Assembly (NCBI GenBank): GCA_050084515.1
Contig: CM114271.1
Coordinates: forward strand, 24,118,001 to 24,182,000
Direction of reading: 5' to 3'
DNA: 64,000 bases
Source of the DNA: Blasia pusilla
Taxonomy: Eukaryota
The notes under the pieces were generated by a model that saw nothing but the letters and a program-made list of their open reading frames with translations, ran no database searches and had not been told where the DNA came from. Shown here piece after piece: positions 53,360 to 64,000 of this stretch. A program made the position numbers and the translations under genes. Each line of letters opens with the position of its first letter. Within the stretch, counting starts at the first letter, position 1.

Positions 53360-56300
53360 CGCCCCCTAAGCGGCGGTTAGGTCCTCTAACTCCAGGTAGC
53401 CTATACATCTACTACATGCTATACACCTTCTTGGGTGCCCGAATCGAAGGCCGGGTGCTAGGTTGCCCCATCGTTAGTCGCACATCGTAATCCATATCAT
53501 GCAAAGATCAAGTCATCTACCTCTCCTAAGTACATCGAGGACAAACCCACCTTCCAGTAGGCACAACATCCAAACGTGGAGTCAAACACATCATGTGCCA
53601 ACCCCTAGAACACCGATCACACACCAACATACGGGTTGCGTTACGGTGAGACCCACACAACATGCACCTCAAGCTAGCACGTATCATGGCTAAGCTTGGG
53701 TCACAAGATACCATCCACATTTGGAAGATGACATGGCGCACAATTACGCACATGGTCCTTCCAAACAACTCCATCACGACCCTCCAACATGAGAACTCGA
53801 AGCCAACACCTCACGCACTCGTAAAATAGTGCGGCTGCCGTCACATCCAACGTTGTCGGGCAATCTGCTGCAAATAGACATAGTCCCCACATGGAACCTA
53901 CGAATCGATGGTCGATAACCTCCACCCGAATGGTTGCATACATAACGTATCCCTGTGTTGAGCAATGGCAAGATTCTCAAAGGCTGTTGGCATAACTCTC
54001 CGAAAGAGCTCCGCCCGGCCGAGAACACACCCTCATCTACATCTCGGGTCATCAAGGTCCACCACCTCACTAGACTCCCAACAATTCTTTGTTGGCAAGT
54101 CCGGATCTCGGCCGTATAATGAAAAATAAGGTGAGAAGGAAGCCAAGGATGCTTGGCGATCGAACCTATACTCCATGGCTAACCATGGCAACTGAATATC
54201 CCAGTCTCCAAGATGCCCCTTCTGTAGGCCATACTTGCGCAATGCCCTCTTTACCGTCTGAACCACACGCTCAGCCAAACCATCCGCCTCTGGATGATCT
54301 CGAGGCGTGGTCCGATGATCAATCAACGCCTTGTCACACAAGACCGAAACTCACCCTGAAACTCAGACTGGTGGTCAAGACTTCATTTGGTGCACCAAAA
54401 TGACTAAGCACTCTATCCGAAACGCATACGCCGTTCCCTCACTTGCCTTGTCCGTAATGCCACCAACTCAATCCACTTGGAGAAGTGCTCCACCATCACC
54501 AACACATATCGATGATGTCGATCAATGGTAACGGTCCCGCAAAGTCCACACTCCAACGGTAACCCAACCCCATAATAGGCAAGGGGTGTAATTGTGGTGT
54601 AGGGGCATTAAATGATGCCCTCACCCGGTCACAAACCATACAACGTGACACCAATCTGCTGCACTGAGTATGCATGCCACGCCACCAATATCGCCAAGCG
54701 CAAATAAGCTATACGTGACGCTTTACCCCAAAATGTCCCAACTCCTCATGGGCATGTCGCTGTGCGCTCTCTTTGAGCCAAATGTGGCACTACTCGTACT
54801 CTACCATCCTCCCACATGCGGAGAATATGTGTTCCCTCAATCGATACCTCTTAGCACGTTGAAGAACACGGTCTCGCTCCTTGGCACTCACTATGCCGGC
54901 ACCCTCTTGGTCCGTAGGAACTCCAACACCAACGCATCATCATGAATATCACGCTGATCGGTACCACCATCTCCAACCTTAGGATCGAAGGATGGCCATC
55001 TACCCCTCGACTAGAGTAAGATATCATGTGGTCCTCCATACTAGAGTCCACCCTAACCAACATAAAAGGCGGATGCATGCCAACTGGCACCATCTCCTCA
55101 TCAACCTCGCCATGCCATCTAGCCCCGATTGTATCCTCTTGGCTAGTACATGGGTTCCTACTCAACCCATCAAAGCATCAAGGTTGGCAACTCAGGTCTA
55201 TGTACCACCTGGAAGTCATACTCTGTAAGATAAGAGCCCACCGTGCAAGCTTCCTGTAAGCTTGTCCGACTCCATCAACCACTTGAGCGGCTGGTGATCA
55301 ATAACAAGGGTAAACGTGTGTGCCAAACAAGTAACACCTAAAGTGTGCCCACCCACACTCTTGCCAAGCACTCTCCCTCATATGAACTATAGCGCGACTC
55401 CATTTGCATTATTCGACCGACTTGCATAGGCCACCACAAACTCCATGTGCTCATCATCATGTTGTGTCAACACCGCTCCAAGTCCCAACCTACTCCAATT
55501 AGTGTGTATCTGAAATGGGCGCCCTCGATAGGTCTCCTCAAGATAGGCGCCGCCACCAACCAGGCCTTAAGCTCCCAAAAGCTCTCTCGATCATCTTCCC
55601 AAAGGTGCCACTCTTGATCTGATTTCAGCAATTGGTTCAAAGGCTTTGCCATAGCACTAAATCCCTTCACATACCTCCGATAGTAGTTCGCCAATCCCAT
55701 GAATGCTCGAACTCTACTCACATCTACCGGACGCGGAATAAGTGCAATAGCCTCCACCTTTGCTTGCTGAACTCCCAAACCACCTGGATAGATCACATGA
55801 CCCAAGTACTCAACATCCTCATGGAAGAACTTACACTTTCCTGGATGCAAACGTAGACCATGAGCTTTCAACCGCTCAAACCCTAAACCCTAAATGCTCC
55901 TCCACCGTGTTACTGAACACCAAGATATCATCAATATAACACTGAACAAAATCCAACCCTGCTAGGATCCTGTCCATCACTCTTTGAAACTCGGCAGGTG
56001 CATTCTTCAACCCAAAGGGTAAGAATTTCCACTAGTACAAACAATCCTTGCCATGAGAGTTGACACCCCAAAATGTTGTCTTGGCTTTGTCACTCTCCCG
56101 AATCGGCAATTGATGGTATCCTGCCCGAAGATCCAAATTACTGAAAATCTTTGCCTGTCCCACCACATCAAAGATCTCCTCAGGTGTAGGCATGGCATAC
56201 CTATCGGCCTTGGTTTGCCGATTGATAGGACGGTAATCTCCACACATCCGCCTATCCATGTAGTTGCCATGCATATCCTTTTAGCGAGCATGACAAGTGG

Positions 56301-56859
56301 GCGATGCATACTCTCCATGCGACAACTCCACTAATCCAGCCTCCAAAAGGTCCAACGTCCTACTCTGAATCAGGTCCCTCTCCATATCACTATATCGGTA
56401 GGGACGACGGAAGATTGGCGTATCACTAGCCAAATCAATCCGTATACCGGGTCCAACCAGAGAACCCAACTCCTTCATGCTAAAGGCAAAACAACTCTTA
56501 TAAGCACGTAGGAACTGTGTCAAGCGTTGTTTCTCACCTCCCGTAAGCTTGGGCCCAAGTAATGGCTCCCAAGTCTCCTCCATTGGCATACTAGAGGGAG
56601 AGGCGATGCCATTGGTGCTACATAACCCCTCACAAGATGATACACCCTTAGCTACACCATCATCTCGAGCAAATAACTCCTCCACCAAAGATGAGCAACC
56701 AACTCCACATGCCCAACCATTACATCCCATTTACTCCAAGGATGCAAAATACTACTCTCCTCGCCCACCGATGCCTCTACCGCCCGGTAGCCATCGAGCT
56801 CATTACAAGGGGTGGAAGACCCTGACATAGTCAAGTCGACGCTCGCCATACCAAGACTC

Positions 56860-57745
56860 AAAATCCAAGTCAAACAATTCAGGTCCATGGCTGACCCAAC
56901 ACATGACGTCGTGAAGCCTCGTAAATAGAAGCAACCATTTGCCACGCCATGAGAGTAAATCCCATCGCACGCTCTCTCTCATCAGCGTTAGGCTCCACCA
57001 ACTGCCCGCACATAAGAATCCCATACAAGCCCCGGACCACCTTCCTCGTAGGCATGTGAAGGGAAAACTCACAAATGTGGGTAGTGCCATCCTAGGTGGC
57101 CCACACGGTTCACCACCGCCATGGGTGACCGATCAATAACCCTCACCACTTGAGAAAGTCGCCCAAGATCAAGATACTATCCTTTGAAGGCGAGGATCAT
57201 TTGCCAGACCGCATCATATGCTCGACGTAGAACCTCCCTAGGCAACAAGTTTGTCCACCACAAGCGTGGGCGATGTGCACGCTGAGCCAACTTGTTGCAT
57301 CCAACAACACCGGTGGTCCAATCCAAGACCGCACCTCATGAACACTCGCCATCATCCGGGTCCAAGTGTCACCCAACAATGGAACATTCTCCAGAATGTA
57401 AGCTAGAGCACGTGCCTGATGAACATGAAGATGTCGTAACACCCGTAACATCTCCCAAAACAATCGAGACCTAGGGTCATGTAATCCCTCACCACGACCA
57501 GCACGTGTATGACCTTGACATGGCCATCCAGCAATCACCAAATCCACAGGACCAACCCTCTCAAGGTCCTGCGCCCCCAACAATGCAATGTGTGATGGTA
57601 AAGCACGTTGGTACCCACGAATAGCTGATGGCGGCAACAACTCAGGATATCTCCGCATCAACTGACCAATATGTCGGGATGAGACTCTCTGGGCCGTCTC
57701 ATCTCGCTCCACATACACGTATCTCCGCACAGGAATACCGGCCTG
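56860..57745 (-). pseudogene. DNMT3-like C5 methyltransferase domain of copy 3 (motif I lost by deletion)
   Basis: YVYVERD, IAGWPCQGHT, RLFWEMLR, ILENV intact; joined abruptly to post-protease sequence at about 57745. Confidence 0.88.
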
Positions 57746-60700
57746 AGAATCCATAGCAGAAACATTACCCTCCAAAAAGTCTCCTGGCCAAGTGACTACT
57801 CCACTAAAACCAGCCACAGATGTTAACACTGTTGGGGAAGACCCTCCTGGTCGAGCCCCAGAAATAAATCTCACAGGAACTTGGCTCATACGTCCATCCC
57901 GGATCGCCAACCTGGTCTATAAAGACGTCTCACCCAAATAATCCATCTGAAAACCCATCGGGTACAATACTGCTCCTCCAACTAGTACATCATACGACTC
58001 GATTGATGTGACTACCGCAGATACTCCCAACCGGGAGCTATCAGTCGCATGATCTGGTCTCAACTGTACAGAAAACTTATCCCGTGTCATGAATTGAGAC
58101 CTATCATTGGCTCCTCCAAGTGATGTTTGAATCTGGAATGGGCAAGGCTCAAGCTCTGACCTCCGAATACCCAAACCAATACATGCCGCCTTTCCCAACA
58201 TCAAAGGCTGGGCACCTGAGTCTAACAAGACTCTATCTGGTCTATACACCTGTCCTGTAGGACTCACCAATCGGAAGATCCCACTCCGGTTGTCCAACAT
58301 ACATACACCAGGTGTAAGCCTCTCACGATCAATGGCTGGCCGGGCTGGTAATGCATCCATCTTCGCCGTTGCTGCCTGCCAAGTAGCACTGGTACTCAAT
58401 GCTACTCCTGACATAGAGGGTCGCTCCACCGCAACATCCTCATCCACCTCAACACGTGTAGCAGTAACACCCCCACGTTCACACAATGTGGCTGCTAGCT
58501 GAAATACAGGAGCTAAGTCAACTCCTAAAGCCATCAGCTCCGTGGCCGAAAACAATGGGGATCCCAACACTGAAGTTGCCATCCGCAATACTGCACTGGA
58601 TGCTGCATCCGTGTCTACTACACGCGATGTAGATGCCTCAGTCCCCACTTTCGGCTCAATAGGCTGCGTAGGAACCATGGATGGAGTCCTAAGCACCTCA
58701 GACAACAAGAATGACTGGGGAAGCCTAGCCTGCCTCCCAGCCTCACCCCTCTGTGGGTCCAACTCCACAGTAGCACCACGTGGCTCTGACGCTCGAGTGG
58801 CTCCTCTCAGAATCGCTTGGTGATGCCTCAACCTTTGTCTTTGCACTCGCCATATAAGAGAGATCATCCCCTCCATAAGAGGTGGAAGCCCTCGCTCCCG
58901 ACCGATCTATCTTTGGATACCGACCATTGTAGCCAACTCTCGCTCCAATCTGCTCAATCTGGCGGCAGTGAGGCTGACTCTGTCGTAGTGGTAGGGGTAG
59001 CCACCGTAGGCTCTCCAACCACTGGTCCACCTCTACCACCCCTACCACCCCTACCACCTCTACCACCTCGGCCTCTTGGAGCTACTCCACCACGGCCACG
59101 GCCTGATCTCAACTCTGGATGAAGATCAAAGCAACGCTCTTGAGGATGACCTAGTCTCCCCAATGATCACACGAGTTGGGGCCGATTGAGGCCCATCCTC
59201 CAAAGTCCGTCTCCCATCCTCTTGGGGACAAAACTTCCTAACATGATCACCTCCACATGTCCAACATGACTGTCCTTGTTGCGGGGCAGCAAATGAAGGC
59301 AATGGTCTCTGCACAAATGTCCCTCTAGGACTTGACTGAGGTCGCGTGTACCCCCCACGACTCCCACTACTACTACCACCACCACTACTACAAGACTGTG
59401 AGGTGGGGCAACAACACGAAGCGTGATTTGTATCCCTGAATGAATGCGGATGTCACCACTCTCTCCTTCACGATGTTAAGCTCAATCTTCTTAGATAGAG
59501 CAAACACATGGGTCAATGTGGGTGAATCATCACTCATAAGAGTAGCATCACGCACGTACCCTACGGCGCAAATCTCTGTCCAAGATCCCATACCAAAATC
59601 GATCGCTGATCCTCAGTCACACCTTGGGTTACTGAAATCAAGCGCCGATACGCGTGTATGCCTCACGAAGACTCTCACCGAGTCTTTCGCTCAAAGTCCA
59701 AGATTCCTCAACTTCTCCGTCTTCACTCCTTGATAGTTCTTCTTCAACCTCTTGAAGAACTCTGCAATGGGCTAAACGATGGTGGGGCACTAGTACCTCC
59801 ACTAGTACCCCCACTAGTACCTCCACTTTGGTACCCCCACTCCGGCTCGTACTGCGTACCACTCGGGCCGGGCTAGGTGGCATAGTAGGAGCACTACTAC
59901 CAATACCACCATGGGTGATAGACACATAGCCTGGAGACCAATATTGTCTCCATGCCTCAATCTCAGCAACATGGTCCTTCCTAAACTCATGGTAATCATC
60001 CATGGGTGGTCCTTCCAAGTCTTTGAAACAACCCCTTCCAAGCCAAGAAGGGTGTAAACAACGTGGCGTTCCGCAACATCTGCATATCACACCACGTATC
60101 AAACTCCTGCATGAAGTCCTCCAACTCAATGGTACCCACTGCACCCGAGTATCGTCGTGGGCCCTTCATGGCCCCATATCCACCATCCATGTCCCAAATC
60201 AATGGAGCTGCAACACTCGATAACAACGTAGAAGACTCGGTGTTTGGAACACCCTTGTCCTCCTCTTCATCAATCGTCGGAAGTGGAAAAGGTAGCCGAT
60301 ACCTAAATCCACTCCATGTGAAACCACCACTGTCCGCACCACGGTTCCCAACCAGACCACCCGACAACTCCGTGATGACCAACGCCGATGCCGCACCACC
60401 ACCAAATTACCCAAGTGACGTCGATGTCGCTCTACTATTGTAGCTCTACTAGCTATGGGTGTAGGCAACCTAACCTCTCATCACCACAAGAAGACTCCCA
60501 CGGTCTACTGGTCATCACTCCAGCCTCACTATCAGTAGCACACAAGAGTAACACTACTATGGAAATCAGCGTCAACCCTAACAATGGGCGCGCAAGCAAG
60601 AAGCACAATGGAGGGGATCCAAACACAGGAAATCCAACGACAACCCTCCAATCGCAAATGGAAATCAAGGTAACAAAATCCACCAAACGTGGTGCCCTCT

Positions 60701-61422
60701 GAATCCACAAAACCCACCACACAATTCTAACGCAATAGCTACTCCGCCGCGGGTCGATGACGTGCTAGTCGAACTCGCAGCACCTGAAAATATCACCTGC
60801 ATGGAGAGGCTACACCGTACTATGCGCTAGAGGTACATCAACCAAAAACCTGAGATGCATAAAGTGCCTAACACCTCTCCGAACAGCACCAAATGAGCTA
60901 CAACAGTCTGTACACTGGCATAGTTAAGAACTCAGCAGTTAAGCGTCCTCCAGGCATAATAGCCCAAAGATGAGTGACCAGTTATGCAAAACTCAAATCC
61001 TAAATCCTGCAAAAATTGCCTCACGCCCAAGCAAGCAAGCTTGCTTGCTTGCTCCTTGCTCCTTGCTCCTTGCTCCTTACTCCGCCTCTCACGCCCACTC
61101 GCCCCGAGCTACCACGAGTTGCCTCGAAGCCTCGCCCCGAGCTTCCGCACTCCAAGCTCTCCACATCATAAAATTGTCGAACACGAGCCAGAATCTTCAA
61201 TGCTTGATAACTTCCAACTCCCTTGACGAAATCCGGCGATCTACAACGCGTTGGAAAGCTTTCAGCAAGGCGCTTCTTTCCCAACCAACCACGCACCTGA
61301 TTCACACCTCCAACATAGGCAACAAGCCGCGAACATCCACGGCTGAGTACAAAATCAGCCCTAACCAGATCCTACTGATCTACAATCGAAGCTACCATCG
61401 ATCTACTCCAGTTCTTTGAGTG

Positions 61423-61787
61423 AAATCCGTGAAAGACCTACTGTCATAAAACACGTTTACAATCACATACAATCGAGCCAAACCCACTCCACGATGGGAG
61501 AATCTAGGTCGAAAGCTTATGGAAACACCATAGCCAAGAGCTCTACTCACTACCAAGGCTAACTCCCAACGCATAAGGCTCAACTCAAAGAATCGATCGT
61601 TCTTTGAGGGCAAGCCACCTTATATCCTCCAACCTAAGAGCGGGCCCCTCTTTGGGAAAGTCACCCCAAGTGAGTAACCCCCAACCCTATGTATGGAACA
61701 GCATCTCTACCAAGCCACTACGGTCCTACATAAGGAATGGCCTCTACCAGCACTATACTCTACGACATAATCCGTATGGTCATGACA
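61423..61787 (-). repeat. 5' terminal repeat X of copy 3
   Basis: About 365 bp matching 52884-53250; no Y adjacent; sense TATAA near 61624. Confidence 0.93.
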
Positions 61788-64000
61788 TGTTTTTGGCCGA
61801 AAGCAACTCTTTGGAGTCCGACGAGTTGTTTGACTGACCATAGGTTTAGGATGTTTTTGGCCGAAAGCAACTCGTCGGAGTCCGACAGGTTGCATTCGGA
61901 GGTAGGGAAGCTTTTTGGCGTCAAATTGCATGTTTAATTGAAATTGCGCAACTTGTCAGACTCCGACGGGTTGATATGTTCACTTTTCTCTCGGTAACCA
62001 CTCTCTAAATACAAATTATCTGACACCGACGGGTTGAAACCAGGCAATCACAAATCTGAATGCAATCCATCGGACTCCGATGGTTGCAAAATTTAGCTCG
62101 TAGCTACCATTCCGACCATCAACTGTGACGACCTATCGGAGTCCGACGGGTTGCAGGAACCCATGAACCTTGCAAAATTTCTTATATTGAGTTTGGATTT
62201 GTAGGATTGTATCGGAGGGGAAAGTCACCCACCACTGGATCCAGGATTATGATCGGGTGAAGAAAGTGCTAACGACGAACCTGGTAGAGTACAAGGGGTT
62301 CTTGGGCGACGCCCTTGTAAATGAGATGCTGGCAAGGGTGCTCAAATAAAAAAAAAGACTTGGGCAAATAAATTTATTTCCCAAGATGTAGCCGTGACAA
62401 TCCTTTGCTGGTCGAAGATACTGGCCGCCAAGAAGAGCGCTGCATTGGAGCTGGAACGGAGGGAGAAAGTGTATGTGTCTGAGCGTGAAAGTTCATCCAA
62501 GCTACGGTATCTGCAACTACAAAGTACACGGCAAGCAAGATGCAGCGCTACATCGCCATTCTCAACCCCGAACTTGGCCCCAATTTCTACAAGGAGCTGA
62601 AGGCAATAATCAAGCGCCAGCGGAAGAGGGATGAAGATCCGCAAGGTCGGATTGGGGAGAAAGTGTCTCTCGGTCGCGTGCATCGATTTGCCTTGTCTGG
62701 AATTAGCGAATTTAGGAGAATCCGACTGATGAAAATTAGTCTCGAGGGCACAGAGGTCCAAAAGAGGGCGGCACACCATCCTCCGGGTGTCTCTGATCCA
62801 GTGATTTCCCACTGGCTCCGTGAATGGTCATTCTGGGAGGCGTTGCGGCTTCTCGGGAAGTCCATGCTCGTGGGTCTCCAAGCGGAGCTGAAAAGAATAG
62901 AGCCAGTTGCGGAGGAAGCAAACCTGGAGAGTGCTGAAGATTTTGAACTTTGGTTGGATGACATGCGGGACAAGCCCATAAAAAACCCAGGTTTCAAGAC
63001 GATGTTCAAGGATCGCATCCTCCCTCAAGCAGAACTTGACGAAGAAATAGAAGCGAAAAAAAAGGGATTTCGTAGAGAAGAAGGGAGATCTTCACGAGCA
63101 GGCGGCCGATGCATCTCGACTAAGAGCTGCCCAACGCATGGTGTTCAGGTACCTCGTCCATTGTAAGAATGGAGGTAACTGGAAAAAAATACCGGCAGCC
63201 TGCCAATTATGGACTTCTCCGCCTGATGGAGAGACATTTTCCATGTACGACATGGAGATGGCTCAAAGCATGTCCGATTGGGAGGTGGAGAATTGCCCGA
63301 TTTGGCTGGACTTCAACGACCCTGAGGACATAACCGAGAAGGATCTATGCCTGCTCCATGATGCAATGGCCGCAGGTAGGGACAACATCCCCAATTTTGT
63401 GCAGCCTGAAGACTTTTTCGAAGGAGATGGGAGGAGCAAGCCCTCGAGACAACGGAGTTGGTGTCCAAGTTCGTCACTGCCTAGGACAAATCTACACCGG
63501 GTCTCAAAGCCAAGGCGAGGAGATCGAAGAATTCCGAGGCCGAGTCTTCCCAAAGAGAGGCTGAAAATTCAAGGTGAGAGCCGAAATCGTCCGGGCGAGC
63601 GGGGAGAGAGGTTCGGACCAGGTCCTCCGCAAAAAAAACTCCACCAGAGTCTGAGGTCATAGAGACCCCAACAAGCCGACCGCAGACTCGGGAGAAGCGG
63701 AAGTGATAGGCGCCAGGGTTGTCCCAGGGAGCAGACCAGGATGTGGAATACACTCCATCATCCTTGGGAAGACATAGAGAAACAACGACCCGGACAAGCG
63801 TCATCATTCACTGCACGAATCTTCTGGATGAGCTGAAAAGTTTCAGTTCCCAAGCGTCGACACCCGCCATTGAGAAATTGACAACGTTGGGACGGAAGCT
63901 TCAACAAAACGGGCACGCTCCCTGGACGGTCCATGGGGATGTCGAAGAGGTGGCAGTGGATCTCCTCGTCGCTGATTTGCCCTCCGGGTTGCACTTATGG

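Larger units (their letters stand above)
52776..61787 (-). mobile_element. Complete split-repeat Ty3/Gypsy-type element with DNMT and PHD, copy 3 (second family)
   Basis: Perfect TGTCATG...CATGACA termini, TSD TGTT; gag, protease VLLDSGAQPLM, DNMT, RT, RNaseH, integrase, PHD (53526-53670); repeats differ in sequence from copies 1 and 2; heavily frameshifted. Confidence 0.95.
50925..64000. repeat. Right arm of the long inverted repeat (interrupted by copy 3, runs out of the window)
   Basis: Inverted match to 41105-45570. Confidence 0.92.
51442..64000 (+). pseudogene. Right-arm gene copy; exons about 51442-52072, 52171-52642, 62205 to beyond 64000
   Basis: MTRKKSQA start, QSDEDIAKLKQS, FFI*DGNHRF, ends in the window at VAVDLLVADLPSGLHLW; stops and frameshifts. 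Confidence 0.75.

Overview
Eukaryotic, repeat-rich plant DNA, probably a moss or other bryophyte (inferred from intron style and transposon content, not proven). It holds one intact host gene, the 10-exon splicing factor SLU7 (14568-18373, +); the rest is mostly nested, decayed transposons. (1) Three minus-strand Ty3/Gypsy-type elements (1-8155, 29125-40444, 52776-61787) have the order gag-PR-DNMT3-like C5 methyltransferase-RT-RNaseH-integrase-PHD (PR deleted and PHD outside the window in the first). The two complete copies belong to different sequence families, yet both have split repeats (sense: X-internal-Y-X-Y) instead of two equal LTRs. Both also show TG..CA ends, 4-bp target duplications (one imperfect), a PPT in front of the internal Y and a self-complementary primer site. 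This fits integration from a two-LTR circle cut inside an LTR. (2) A large Mutator-like element has a central GCM/MULE/SWIM transposase between >=4 kb inverted arms. Each arm carries a spliced gene with a ParB-like motif and beta-class N6A/N4C-methyltransferase-like motifs. (3) There are also a chromovirus fragment with two solo LTRs, a Copia 3' fragment and a Helitron Rep fragment. All calls come from reading by eye; no database searches were run.
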